From Bigelowiella natans CCMP2755 (Eukaryota > Protista > Cercozoa): DNA of 51,704 nt. This document shows, in pieces, positions 12,754 to 27,349 of this stretch (position 1 is the first letter of the stretch; every line of letters begins with the position of its first letter). A program made the position numbers and the translations under genes. The notes below the pieces were generated by a model, which was not told the DNA's origin, searched no databases, and saw nothing but the letters and a program-made list of their open reading frames with translations. The stretch lies in assembly GCA_000320545.1 (NCBI GenBank), contig ADNK01003306.1, positions 1 to 51,704 of the forward strand. Direction: 5' to 3'.

Positions 12754-13806
12754 ATGACGATGACGTCGATGGTGATGAGCACAGGAGGAGGAGGAGGTGG
12801 TGGAGGAGGAGGAGGAGGAGGAAGAAGAACAACAACAAGAAGAAGAAGAACAAGAAGTGCTCTTTGCTTCTCCTTTGGTGTCATCATCGCCACATGCTGT
12901 GGCATTTCGAAGATGGGACTTACTCTTTCCAGCCCTGCGAACACCCGTAGTAGCATCCCTTCACGAGGTATTACTAAATCCCACACATCTCCTGCAAGCA
13001 ACCGCCTAATTCTAATGAACTTGCGGCAATAAAACACGGCAGTTTTTAGCTGGAGAGGAGAAGTCCATTGCGATAGCTCCAGACGTTCTATCCTTCGAAG
13101 CTCTAAAAGAGAGATGTCCGCTTTCGCCTCTCAATTAGATGAAGCAAGAGATAGACCCACAGAGGCGAAGGAGGAGGAAGGTTCTTTTTTGGAGAAAGTC
13201 TTTCGTCAGGCAGGTTATGTCAGAGCTTTTCAGCGGCTATTGTCACAGTAGTTTAGATGATGATGGTGATGATGATAATGATACAGAATAATGATCCATT
13301 GTGATGCAATATTCGGGATGACTTTGTTTGTGTCATTGTTACTCATATTTACGACGGTATATGCCTCTGCATTGTAATTCGGTGATCTTCGCTTTATATA
13401 CATGATAAGTTATTTGATTATAAACTACTGTATGACGAGTAAGGGCGACCGCTCATTGTATCTTAGCATCTAACGCAGTTATTGTTGTTATTTTTTATAT
13501 CTGGTCATTTTGCCAATTGCCTTTGTTGACGTCTGTTTCGTCCTTTGATAATTTTCAATGTTGTTTTCCTCCACGTTCCATTCAAAGACGAATTTCAAAT
13601 GAAAGGTGTTTGCTTCCCGTATTTTCTAATCATAACCTCAACGAATAATTGAAGTGTAGTATTATCCATAAACTGATTATTCTTAACAATTCGCGCATGA
13701 ATGCATGGGTGGTAGGATCTCAGGAGGCTTCAGGATTAGGAGGTGTAACATCCTATAAGGTGTGAGCAGCAGCGTGAATGCATGCTTGGTGTTTTCAAAG
13801 AGCACA

Positions 13807-13837
<31 letters not shown>

Positions 13838-13924
13838 AACATGCACATGCAAATACACACATACACAAGAGAGAGAAAGAAAGGGAGTGATCAGCAGCCA
13901 TAACAAAAATTTCGACTCTCTCTT

Positions 13925-13976
<52 letters not shown>

Positions 13977-14549
13977 CTCCCCCTTCCCTCTAAAGAGAAC
14001 ATCCTTCCAATGATCTTGAATCATGCATTTAGGGTCTACTCCGTGCAGATGGAATGTGGTCTTTTCTGCGTAGTAGTAGTAGCAGTACCAGTAGCAGTGC
14101 TAGTAGTAGTAGAAGAAGAAGTAGTAGTAGTGGTAGTAGCAAATCTACTACTAAAGTAGATAACGAGTTGAACCCCCCAGCAGCATCCTCAGCATCATCA
14201 TTATTCGTCGATATTGTGGAGGGGTCCTCATCATCTCCTTCACACTCTCCATCATCATCTTCAAGAACCAGCAACAACACCCTAGGAGAGAATGATAACG
14301 AGGGTGAGGAGAAGGAGGGAAAAGGCAGCAGCAACAGCCCTTTCATTCATCATCCCCAATTTGACGCGGTAGGTAGTAAGTAGTAGCTTAAGGAACGATT
14401 CCCCACGTTTGATTTACCATTATTGTTACAACTAATAAAAGTTGTATTAAACTTGCATTACTGTACTTTTCATTTCCCTCCTCCTCAAAAATCGAGAAGG
14501 TGAATAATTGACTTGCTACTAGGAACCTCGATAATAGACAGATTGATGA

Positions 14550-14581
<32 letters not shown>

Positions 14582-14935
14582 AATGGCAATCATAAACCAT
14601 GATGAAAATATTTATTTGGTTGACTCATCATTGTATTGTTTACACACCATGATAATAAATGTAATCTTCTAGCTTATTCATTGACACTCATCATGTCGAT
14701 ATATGATGCTGTGCTATTTCAACTAATTCTAGGTGGTTTGTGGTGGGACATTGGGTATATTTGCTGCAAGTGCCATATTAGCTCGAGATCCTTCACTAAG
14801 GGTTGCTGTGATTGAAAGAAGCGCGCTCAGGTAGTAGTAGTAATAGCAGCAGCAGCAGCAGCAGTTTGATCTTTGGCGAATGATGAGAATTCATTCATGA
14901 AGGTGCGCGCAATCCAACCTTCTACTACAGCAACC

Positions 14936-14975
<40 letters not shown>

Positions 14976-15410
14976 TGACTATTATTACTAAAAGGGGGAG
15001 GGATCAAGACTGGAACATTGCTCGATCAGAGGTAATAATGTTATCAATATAAGTCTATATATTGTGGGGAGGAAGGAGCAGAGGTAGTGATCACTTCAAA
15101 ACGAAGAATCACCACCAGCAGCGGCAGCATGAGGCCACAAACACATAAACAGGGCAGCAGCATGAGCAAGATGTTGTCATAACTTAATCCATACGATGCA
15201 GTTGGAACGAATTGTTCAGTATGGAATAGTTGATAGAGATACGATGGAGGTAATAATAATAATAATAATAATTGGTATATAATAATATATAAATATCATC
15301 GAAGAGGTGGTTATTATAATGATATCTTAGTAATGCTGTTGCTGATGATGACGATACTGATGATGATAATGACGATACTGATAATGATGATGGAGCACAC
15401 ACACACACAC

Positions 15411-15442
<32 letters not shown>

Positions 15443-15941
15443 CTGCAGCAGCAGCAGCAGCAGTAGCTAGCCACCAATATGACTGATAGTCCACAGCATC
15501 ACTTTCTGATTTTATTATGAGTGAAGGGGGAAAAACGCTGATGATCTATTCCTTATTGATGTGCGAAATCAAGGAATCGATAAAGATCGAGTTTAATCCC
15601 ATGCGAGTTGGATTTGAAACACCGAAGAAAGGCACCTCAGCTTCATTTCCTAATATCAACCATCAAATTGAAAACATCGTTGTTGTCGTTCGTTATCGTC
15701 ATCGAAGAAGCAATCACATGATCATCATCTTCTACAACTTAATAATAATAAACAGGAGGGTTCTCAACCGACGTGAATGATGTTTTGAATGTGGTAATCA
15801 CGTAGAACACCACCACTACCACCACCACCATCATCACAATCATCATCATCATCACCACTCTCAATTGGCGATGATGGTTGACGATGATAATGACAATCTC
15901 CTTCTTCTTGTTGTTCTTATTGTCACATTTCCTACTACAAT

Positions 15942-15974
<33 letters not shown>

Positions 15975-16221
15975 CATTTTAAGAAAGAATGAATCGATCG
16001 ATATTCTTCGTTGTTCGTTGTCTGCTGCTATATGTATGCATTTATGTAAACATGCTGCTGTCGATCGATATCTTGTGGTGGTGTTGTTTCAATGTTGTTT
16101 TCCCATCAATAACAAAAGCTTTAGTTACCACCGTCTTTGCAAACAGGGAGTTTCTCCAAAACAGTTAGTTGAAAGAGCTAGGGAGTCTTTTGTGAAGAGG
16201 GGCGGAGTTGTCCTTGAGAAT

Positions 16222-16255
<34 letters not shown>

Positions 16256-16352
16256 CAGTAACAAGAAGGAGGACAAGATAGAAGGCAGAAGATAGGGAAA
16301 GGAAGAAGAAGGAGAAGAAGAAGGATATCAAATTTGATGATCTATGCATATA

Positions 16353-16392
<40 letters not shown>

Positions 16393-16411
16393 CCATCACC
16401 ATCATGATCAT

Positions 16412-16444
<33 letters not shown>

Positions 16445-16969
16445 AACGAGTCATTACCACCGACAACTCTAATAATAGGTATCAATCCAAGGAATATCTG
16501 TATACGATGATGCGGCAGTAGTTACGTGCGGACATGAATCAAAAGATGCTGCTGCAGCAGGTGAATTTAAGAAAACCAAAATACATGATCATGAGATATA
16601 TCGTCATCGTACACATGATGGTGGTGGTGGTGGGGGTACTGCTGCTGCTAGTAGTAGTACTAAACTTAATAGTGTACACTGATATATCTATTTCCTCTCC
16701 TTTATGCACAAGATTCTTACCCTTCTCCTCTTACTCCTATCTACGACAATACAACAAATAATATGTGTTATTGTGCTTTAACATAATTTCAGTAGATAAT
16801 AGCAACACACCATTTCTTTTGAAATCTCGACTGATTATCGATGCTATGGGAGGAGGTACTACTAGTACTACTACTACTGTACGACTCTAGTACTAGTATC
16901 AGTAGCAGAATGATCAGGATTTTTCTCAATGACCATCGTTTACAATTGACATTGTTGGCTCAAGATATC

Positions 16970-17012
<43 letters not shown>

Positions 17013-18015
17013 CATGTTTCGCCATATCCCCTCCTCCTACCATCTCTATCATCATCATCATCATCATCATCATCATCGTTTTATCATCCTGATTATCACT
17101 CATTCATTAATATCAGGAAGTCCAATTGCTAAGCAAGCAAGGGGGGGGGCAAAACCTGATGGAATATGCCTTGTTGTTGGGTAGTAGTGGATATCACAGT
17201 AGTAGTAGTAGTTGTTGTTGTTGTTGTTGCTGCTGCTGCTGCTTTTTTATCGTCGTTGTTTTTGTTCGTTATTTATTTCATTCTACACAAACAAACGCCA
17301 GCACATTGTTCTGCTGTGTGAGAATTTGTGCGAAATTGCATCACAAACACACACACACACACACGTAAATACACTATAAATGTGGATTCTTTTGAAAATA
17401 TTATAGGAACATATGTAGAGTGTTGTGATGATAGTCTTTGCTCTCATGATTCCAATCTTTTTTGATATCAAGATCGGTTATTTAGTAGTTAAAATGCAAT
17501 CTCCTCCTCCTCCTCCTCCTCCTCCTACTACTACTAAGGTCATGTGCAAGGTCAAAGTTGTTCAATGAGATCAATAGAAAGGGTGGAGATTTGATATATT
17601 CCTTCAACCCAGTGGAAGAGGTTGTAGTAGTAGTAGCAGTAGTAGTAGTAGTAATTGTAGTTGTTGTTGTTTCTGGTTGTTTGACCTCATCATATATTTC
17701 CTTGCAAAGGTACCTACCTTGGCGACTAAGGAGAAGTTCATGGCAAGGGTAATAATACTAGCAGTAATAATAGTGGGATCAATAACAACAACAACAAAAA
17801 CAAAAAGAGAGAGAGAAACCGGTAGACACACAGCAGCCTCTTTGCTGGGCATTATCGTTGATATGTTTTGATGTGTTTTGGTACCTAATACTTACTTGCT
17901 TCTACTTAATATTGCAAGTAGTTAGGAGCTGCTTTTTCTCTCCTCCCGTTTCTCCTTTCCTACTACTACTACTACTATTACTACTACTACCATCCTCGTT
18001 ATAATTCATATCTAT

Positions 18016-18048
<33 letters not shown>

Positions 18049-19280
18049 AAAATAAGGATGGAAGTATATCAACTGAACTTCCCAGAAATGTACAAAACAA
18101 GAGCTCGGAGGTAGTAGTAGTAGTAGTAGTAATGGTAGTATAGGAGAAAGTGGGTAGTAGGAAGAACAGATCAAGCAGCACTAGCAGCAGTAGTAGAACC
18201 AGAATATGTTAGCGATTTGGCTGTAGTTAAAAAATAATCATCATAGAAAATAGTGAGTGATGAGAGGAAACACAACACATAACACACAACACACAAAAGA
18301 AAATGATATATATGAGGAGGAGAAGGAGGAGGAGAATGGATATGTTGCTTCCTCGAAAGAGGCACATACGTGAGAATACGTGTTTTTTGTTCTTGATTTG
18401 CTTTGGTGACGACGTCATCATCTTCTCTAAATATAAACCCTCCCCCCCCCCCCTCCCCCCCCCCCTCTCCCCTCCTACAAGCCAACTAACTACTCCTCTA
18501 CTCCTACTTAGATTCAGATGTTTTGGGAGGCATTTCCTGCTAGTTCTGGAGCAAACGACCGTACCACGTAATAAGCTTGTACTAGTTTCTTATTTGGTAA
18601 ATATATGTGATGATACTGAGAGTTATGGCAAACAGCGGTAGCAGCCTCTCCAACAGTCTCTTCTTCTTCTTCTTCTTAACATACGAGGCTATTTTCTCTT
18701 CTTCTACAACATTGCAATCTTATTCTTCTTATTAATCATTGTTAAGGTATATGTTCGCATACATGGATGCATCAGCTACCAGGCCATCACTTCAACGCAT
18801 GTTTCAGGAGTACGTGCGCACCACGTTCATATAATAATACAATATTGCAGTCTGTATATCATGATGATGATGATGACGAAGATGATGATGATGATCAAGG
18901 TACTTCCGTTTGCTTCCCAAGTACCAAGGCCTTGGAGGAGAGAGTAGTAGTGGTAGTACTACTTCCATGGAAGAGCTTGTAGCCAAGGAAGATATCACCT
19001 TCACAAGATTATTGTACGTGTTCTCGTTGAATTATTATTTATTATTAATACTACTATTATTGTTATTGTTTGATAGAGTAGTACTATAAGACAGCAGCAC
19101 GTGGTAGTAGTAGTGGTAGTAGTATTAGGAGGAGGATTATCGATTATTATTCCCTCCTTCCCCCCCCCCCTTCCGTCTTTAATTGTACCAAATAGTGATG
19201 AGACACCTCCTCTCACTACTTAATAACATGGTAGGACAACTACTGCATGTACATATCATATATTAATACAGTATATATCA

Positions 19281-19316
<36 letters not shown>

Positions 19317-19436
19317 TGCGCAGATTTGCTGCCTTCCCGAGCTACTCAGCCTCTCCCATTCAAGTATTATTATAGTAATATTGTTGTGAGTTGTAATGAT
19401 ATTTTCGTCATTTATTTGAAAGAGCAAATACTCAAG

Positions 19437-19468
<32 letters not shown>

Positions 19469-19719
19469 ATGATCACAACAGCGAAAATAGAAGCAATAGA
19501 GTCAAGAATACTGCAAACATCAATAAAGAAGAAGGAAAAAGAAGAAGAAATATATTGTTGGGAGGCAACTTGTTATTTCTTTCTCCTCTTCCTCTCCATC
19601 CTTTAATTCGTAATGACTTTTAAAAATATAAATATTAATACAATTATATTCACTTTATGATTGTCAGTACCCTGAAAGCTGGAGTCGTATTGTTGCGGTA
19701 GGCGATGCTTCAGGGGTGA

Positions 19720-19771
<52 letters not shown>

Positions 19772-20435
19772 AAGAGAGAAAGAGAGAGGGAGCCACACAT
19801 TGTACGAACAAACAAACACGTGTAATTAACCACTTTATTAATAACGAGGATATGTGCTGTACTTACGTAGGTTCAATCCCCGTTGTCATTTGGAGGGTTT
19901 GGAGCTTTGCTAAGTAAGAGCTACTACTACTACTACTACTACTACTACTAGCACTCATTCTGTACATCATAATTCAACCAGATGTTAGTACTATTTCTAA
20001 TATCTATTTGTTATTATTATTATTATTATCATAACCATCTATTGTTCAAAGAATGTTGTGATACGTGGCGTGAAAGGAAACTTACCACGCACTGTGGATG
20101 GGGTTGTTGAAGCTCTTCAGTACGACATCTTGGATGGGTAGTACCAGTAGTACCAAACTCATGTTATGTTTCTCGATATCACCATATGATCATGATCGAG
20201 TTTATATGACGATGATGATGATACACCGATTACTATTTAGTCCTTGTTTCTTCCATGCTGCTCTTTTCTGTTGTTAATTACTATATATCCAGTAAAAGCC
20301 TACGTGGCTTGCAGCCATATCTACCAAACCTCGGTACTACTATATGTATATATAATATACTAACATATATAAGAGGGAAGCAGGCAATACCAACATATTC
20401 CACCACAAGTCTCCTATATACTACATACTACAACA

Positions 20436-20468
<33 letters not shown>

Positions 20469-21091
20469 AACCACTACAGCATCGACGTGGATGATGCAAA
20501 GATCGATGAGGTGAGGGAAATGTTTTCGAGAAGAGGAGGAAAAAAGATAATGATGATGCTCATCATTATTATTATAGTAGGGTTATAAGTAATAGTAGTA
20601 GGAGTAGGATAGGAGGGTCACGAAGGGAAATGGAGGTGAGTGGCTATTTTGTTATCATTCGTTTCTTCCTTCATTTGGATGATCGATTCTATAGTTGAAG
20701 CTGCCTACTACTACTACTACTGCTACTACTACAACTCTAATGAGTAGTGCTCCGTCGCTGGAAGATGCTGACGATGCTCCAAACAACATGATTCCAAAAG
20801 TCTTTGGCTCTCCTCTTCTTTCGGATGGAAGTCCTGGGCCTGAGGTGATAGTAGTGATGATGATAATGATGATAATGATGACGATGATGATGATACACTC
20901 TTCTAACCCCAGCAGTTCATAGCAGTAGTCCCACTGGTAGTCCTGTAGTAGTAGTAGTAGCAGTTCATAGCAGTAGTCCCACTGGTAGTCCTGTAGTAGT
21001 AGTAGTAGCAGTTCATAGCAGTAGTCCCACTGGTAGTCCTGTAGTAGTAGTAGTAGTAGCAGTTCATAGCAGTAGTCCCACTGGTAGTCCT

Positions 21092-21124
<33 letters not shown>

Positions 21125-21547
21125 ATTCTGGTAGTAGCAGTAGTAGTTCTACACCCAGAAACAGCAGCAGAAAAACAACAACAACAACAACACCTATCAT
21201 GTACGCACACACACACACACATACACATATGAGACCATCATCACCATCTACCAGTATTAAATACAGTATAAATGATGATGATGGTTAGATAATATCGGAG
21301 TTACTTGCAAACACATTTGAAGGAATGCTAAGTCTTGACGATGGCAAGGGTAGGAGGACAGTCGTAACAACAACAAACAACAAACACCACCACCAACAAC
21401 AGAAATACCCTGATAAATCATCGATATATATATATAGATGATGACCACCTAGCACCTACTAAACTTAGTTGTATACATCTCAGCATAGAAGTATTGTGTT
21501 ATTGTTGATGGGACAGCAAAACTTACTTATATCCCTCTCTATTGTCA

Positions 21548-21604
<57 letters not shown>

Positions 21605-21946
21605 TGTTGCGTTATTGTTGAACGACAACCATAATATAAGCAGAAGAAACAAGAAGAAGAGTTTCTTTGCTAGTTGTAGTGTGTTGATGCTGTTATATGC
21701 TCTTCTTTTATATCATCGTTTGTTTATTGTCCACCCATCTATCTGTTATGTACTCTTCTTTTATATCATCGTTTGTTTATTGTCCACCTATCTATCTATC
21801 TATCCATCTATCTAGGAGATCGCCTACTTCCATTTCTGCAGGACGTTGTGAGGTTGTTTCAATTGTTATTATATGTACCATCACCACCATCATCATCACC
21901 ACCAGCAGCACAGCCGTTTAGCTTCTATCTTCTTCTAGCGGCTTGC

Positions 21947-21986
<40 letters not shown>

Positions 21987-22175
21987 TTTTTTTTCAACAG
22001 GAGAGTATATCTGGTAATCATATACATTCTCTCTTTGTGTTGTTGTCGTATGTATCAAAGGCCTGGAGGACTGTTGGGTGCTTTAAGCAAAGTCGTAGTG
22101 AACAAGCCAGGTACGAATAGTTGTACGAGGCTCATCTTCTCACTATACTACATTGCAGGAGAATCAATTGAAGGA

Positions 22176-22213
<38 letters not shown>

Positions 22214-22547
22214 TTCTCTCTCTCTTTCTCTACTATGCGACATGAGCAGCCATGATTTAAAACCCCAAAATTGTCACCAATATATCCTTTAGAGCTTGTA
22301 CCGCGTATTATTCGTCATGTTGGACCGGCACCAATCGTAGATGTATGATGCCCATTAACATCATTATCATCATTATCATCATCAACAGCAACAACACACA
22401 CTAGCACTCACTCATTTGGCCACTAGTGACTAATTTGTTCGTGATTCTGCTCACGAGTTTTAGTTCTAAAAGAGAAACAGCTCGAAATTCAAAAAACACT
22501 TGTTAACTTAGACGCCATACTTTATCATATCATACATATTAGCACGG

Positions 22548-22583
<36 letters not shown>

Positions 22584-23369
22584 GTTGTATGTGCTATGAT
22601 ATGTGAGAATATTTGTTAGTAGGAATGCTGCCGTATAGATTATACGACATTCACCAAACTTATACGATATTGTTCACGTAACTTCTTACATTTAACCAGT
22701 GGATTCAGCACGTTATATTCATGCTACTCTATGCTGCTGGCGATACTATTCTTTCTACAAACACCGGGAAGAATGTAGTAAAATTACGATGATGATGATG
22801 GTAGTGATGATGATTGTGATGATGTTTGTTGTTCATGAGGATGATATGCCTCATAAGTTTTTTTACAATAAGTTGTCTGGTGCCGTTGTCCAGAATGTTG
22901 AATGTGGTAGCAGATATTCTATTCGAAACACAAATACAATGGTACATGTCTATGCTCTGTTCCATAATGTAAAGGAGAAGATTCCTTTCTTTTGGGGGAG
23001 ATCATTATCCATTTTCCACCTTCTAGTTTTGAGGCAAGAATTTCACATCACATCTTAGTTGTTCAATAAATCAACGGGGGGAAGTGATAAGCTGAGCTTC
23101 CGAGCAAGGCGTTTTGCAGAAGCACTGAAATATGGATCTGGAGGTTGTTATCATATAAAAGCGTAATAGTAGCAGTTGTATAAGTAGAAGTAACAGTGAA
23201 GAAGGAAAAAGGAGGTTAAAAAATAATTCAACAAATGAGAAGGACAAAGGCGATTAGCTATAATTATTATCATTATTATTAGTATTATTATTCTATTGTT
23301 CTTGCTGTTTTTGTTGAGTGTATTTAATATCAAATGGTAGGTGACTTTTTCGAACCGCCCTCAACCTAG
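12754..23369 (+). CDS. cruP: CruP-type (CruA/CruP lycopene cyclase family) FAD-dependent protein with bipartite plastid-targeting presequence; more than 20 small exons
   Basis: Spliced motifs in family order: EASGLGGVTSYK|GLLRADGMWS, FDA|VVCGGTLGIFAA...VAVIER, GRDQDWNIARSE, EFNPMRVGF, VLNV|GVSP, RLIIDAMGG|GSPI...PDGICLVVG|SCAR, QMFWEAFPASSGANDRTT|YMFAY, VGDASG|VQSPLSFGGFG, LQPYLPNL, ALKYGSG|GDFFEPPST*. Confidence 0.88.
20911..21123. repeat. Intronic minisatellite, 4 x 48-51 bp (constant core plus variable (TAG)n)
   Basis: AGCAGTTCATAGCAGTAGTCCCACTGGTAGTCCTG at 20911, 20959, 21007 and 21058. Confidence 0.9.
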
Positions 23370-23539
23370 ACGCGATCAGTTTGAATATATTGTGCGGCGT
23401 CAAAAAATCGGATGACCTCATAGCAATGGAATGGCATAGGAAACACAGTCTTCAATAAAGTGCAGCTACGTTATCGAGATTGCAGTGTAGAGAACATGTA
23501 TTTCACCAACAACTGAGATTAATACATGAATCGCAGAGA

Positions 23540-24620
23540 CGCATCATCAGGCATTGCATGACACATGGTGCACGATGCCGAATGTACTTATTAAACCTTC
23601 TATGCGCTTGCTAGCGATAACAGCGACTACACATGACATCACGCTATGACATGTCACCATGTTACCTTCGCTCATTTGCTCCACTACGTGCTTGCATTCG
23701 CCATCGCTAGATTGATTGGTGGGACGATGCCGTTGCACCATCATCACACGACTTGTTGCTTTGCCTCCATGCGCTAGCTACACATCCAAGATGCATGCAA
23801 CTACTACAACAACTAACAACATCGCAGCACCATTGAATAGCTACACAAGCAATTTCGATTCGCAGTGCTCAGTTTGACATTGTTTGAATGAGATTTGTCA
23901 TCGTGCATTCGTGCTCGATCTAGCTAGCTAGCTAGCTAGTCACAGACATGCGATGCACCCATGCCACATTTCTAGGTTGACTTGTTCACTTCATTTCTGG
24001 GTTCATTCATTCATTCATTCACAGCGAACTTTCTGAAATGATCACAAACTAGTGTGGCACACACGCTACATGTTTGCATGTTGTGCTCCGAAGCACAAAA
24101 AACGCAGTCTGGTCGATCTGGCTAGCTGGTCCATGTGGTGGCACTGCAGACGAAAGCTCTGGAGCTGCGTGTGGTTTCCAAACAAGTGGCCAAGAGTCAA
24201 TCATTTGACGAATGATTTGGGGCCAGAAGGCTTGCCTTCATCCTCTTAGACGTTCGACATGACATCATGGCACGCTGCCCACACCTGGACACTTTTCACG
24301 GCAAGTGGCACCGTCCAACGTGCACAAACACACTCAGACACTTCTGGACTTCTCGGGCTAGCGGGGTGCTGAATGCTCGTTGCTAACAAGCACGATGGAA
24401 AAAGTGATTTCGCATCAAATTGACGACCTGCTCCAAAAATGAATCATTTGTCTGTCTGATTGGTGTGGCTAGTGTGGTAGCGTCCAATTGGAGCAACACT
24501 GGGCGATCGATGACCCCATGGAGAAGTCGTCTCAAGCGGTTTGCGTGTTCACATGTGAGAATTTCGTTCTAAATTTGGCATTTGATTTGGCTATGCGACA
24601 ACCAGACAAAGCTCTTCCTG
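23540..24620. other. TpA-depleted, CTAG-sparing intergenic island 3
   Basis: Manual count 23881-24540: 14 TpA in 660 bp, of which 10 CTAG; the other four are CTAC, TTAG, CTAA and GTAG. Confidence 0.88.
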
Positions 24621-24844
24621 CATCAAAATGCAGGTAGTAATAAGTGTTTATTTGTTGTCTGAGAGTAGTAGTAGTAGTAGTAGTAGTAGTGTCACGGGTG
24701 AAATGATGAATCCTGCTGTGAATTCTTTCCGAACACGGTGCTGCAGCAACAGCACTCAAAACGCATGGCATTTCTACTCTAAGACAAGGGATATATCGAG
24801 ATATTTCTAGAATTTCTGATTTAAGTTGAAGCTACCAAACTACG

Positions 24845-26134
24845 ATGGCTTTCAGAAAGGAGGAGGAGGAGGAGGAGGAGGAGGGGAGGATGATTAGAAG
24901 GGGAAGGATCAACAAGACTATTGTTCCACCCCACTTATCCTGAAATATTTTACAACCTAGAACTAGCAAGCCAAAAACATCCACACATTAGATGCTGCAC
25001 AGGGAGGGCGACAAGGAGGGAGGGGGTGCTCAACTACTCGATTATTTCTCATCGCTCGGATGGAGCTTTGAGACAAAGGGGGAAAAGAGAGAGGAAACCA
25101 TTACAATTCGCCATTGTAATGAAGATTCTGACCTAAAGTTTTCTCCTTCCTCTTCGCGAAATGGAGCTTTATCTGATGAATTGGAAAATCTCCTCTGTAT
25201 GGGCAAGAGCTTTGCCGTCTTAGATATGTATCTACTCTCTGGAATCGTTGATTCATGTATTACTTATAACTCTGATGACATTAAAATCTAGAAATACTTA
25301 AATTATTGTCTCATCATCATCATCATCATCATTATCATCAGACTTGTTGTCTACCAGCTCCTCGCCTTCTAAGACTCACTACCGTGAAGTGATCGATCTC
25401 GGGTACTAGCTCGCATTGTATCGATCATGATTTGCAAGTGTAAATCGCACTTCTACCCCGGCTCATTATTTTCGAATCACATCCCAAACTACTCTTCAAG
25501 GATCCTCAGGGCGTATGAAAAGAAAGAAGTTGGTTGGGCAGCAGCGGAGATGAAACAGAATTTTAAGCTAGCGCTGCAAAGTAAGAAAGGACTTCAGGCA
25601 GAGAAATACATGCGAGATCTTCTTATTCTGAGTCAGGTCTTAGTTAACGACAAGCATTGGCTGGTATACAGAAATGAAAGATCATTCTATAATAATTCAT
25701 ATAAAGAAGAAGACTAACTATCGGTGTATTTGGATGTAGTTGGGGTGAATCCTTGCCTTTGAGCAATTAATTACAGTACCTAGATAATATTCAAACTTAT
25801 AGCAGTAAAGAAAAGGCTTCGTTTCTTCCAGTAATAGATGCCAGAAAAAGACTGTGTTTTGTCTGCGTCGTCTTTTGTCGCTGCTTATCTCAGCTCGCTG
25901 CCATTCGTATACCCTCGAAGTTCTGGGGGAAAAGGAAAAAAGCTTCTCTATGCAGGAACGACATAAATAATGATGCTGAGGCTAAAGACTCCAATATAAA
26001 GAAGAAGTCTTTTCCTACAAGCAACATCTACAGCACAGACAACACAAGGAATAGTGATGATGATGATGATGATGAGGAGGAGGAGGATGGACACCTGATC
26101 GAGTTATTTTGTGTTAATTCTACGAACGAGGTCA

Positions 26135-26190
<56 letters not shown>

Positions 26191-27332
26191 CATCTATCTA
26201 TTTCGTGCGTGTGTGTATGTGTGTGTGGTGAGCGAGTGAGGTGCAGTGAGGGGGAGGAGAGGGGGTCCTAAGAATGACAGTGTATCTTTCAATGACTCCC
26301 AAATTACAAGTGTGTGAGATACTATTACTGCAAAACTAATTGTGCGCATACTACACATATCTTTAACATTCCAATTATCTATCTATCCATCCATCTGTAT
26401 TATGATACCAGTAGGCACGAGTGCGTAGCCTTTCCGACCTCCAGCAACAATACGAAACAAAACGCATCTTGCCTGCAATGCGACAAGCATGTCAGGAGAC
26501 TATTCTTCTTCTGCAATATGATGATGTTGTTGGGGAGGAAGGTGCAGCAGTAGCAGCAGCAGAAAGGGAAGGCGAGATAGGAGAGAAGAAGAAGAAGAAG
26601 AAGGAAAAAAAAAAGGGCAACGAATATGGCATTTCTACTGCAGAGGAAAATGTCGCTTCTACTGCTGCTTGTAATTATTCCTCTCAACGCCCTTCTTCGT
26701 TCTTCTTCGGGTACGCTCAAGGTTTGCAATATGGCAATATGGGGTGTGGTTTTTCATGTGCTCTTAACAAGGTATTGCCTGATTTTTTATGATGCCGCAG
26801 CAGTAGCTGTTTTTCTGCCATCATTATATAAATGAATAGGTTACGAGTCAACTCCATTCGTCATAAACCTATTTTGTTTGTTCAACAACCCAGGCACGGC
26901 TACTGCAGGGCAATTTCGTAAATAGACGCATAAGAAGCACTGATAGGAAGACGAAAAAGGTGGTTTTGTTTACGTATTGTTCGCACCTTGTGAACAGCAT
27001 GAATATACGACAAAAGGTGCGAAAGGAGTTTCAGTTGGACGGGGAAATCATCACCTTTGAAGAGGAGGTGATGACGTAAAGCCATGCCATAGTCGCATTG
27101 TTTATATTTGTGATAATACCATATTTTTTACTATATTTCTTCGTGAAACCTTTTATTACTTTCACAATATAAAGGAATTCGACAAATCTCGCAGCATTGA
27201 TCGCTCCATAAGGACTTCGAAAGGTGAGGAAACAGCGCTTCGTGTTAGCTTGTACCACGCTCTTAAGCAAAGACGGAAGATTGCTGCAGAGCTCAAGATC
27301 GTAACAAAACGAAGACTTTGCAAATTCAATGA
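24845..27332 (+). CDS. Hypothetical multi-exon gene; start uncertain
   Basis: Protein-like plus-strand blocks (ORFs 25427-25717 and 26421-26792; NIRQKVRKEFQLDGEIITFEEE|EFDKSRSIDRSIRTSK) with GT-AG junctions. No domain recognised. Confidence 0.4.
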
Positions 27333-27349
27333 TGTCAATACGTGATAAA

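Noticed and set aside
20911-21123. Four identical 35-bp units with short gaps, superficially CRISPR-like
   Set aside because: The gaps are only (TAG)n rather than unique spacers; it lies in a eukaryotic intron with no cas genes. It is a minisatellite.
21700-21800. ~53-bp direct duplication; also the 15-bp x3 repeat at ~28820-28868
   Set aside because: Ordinary local intronic tandem duplications with no further structure.
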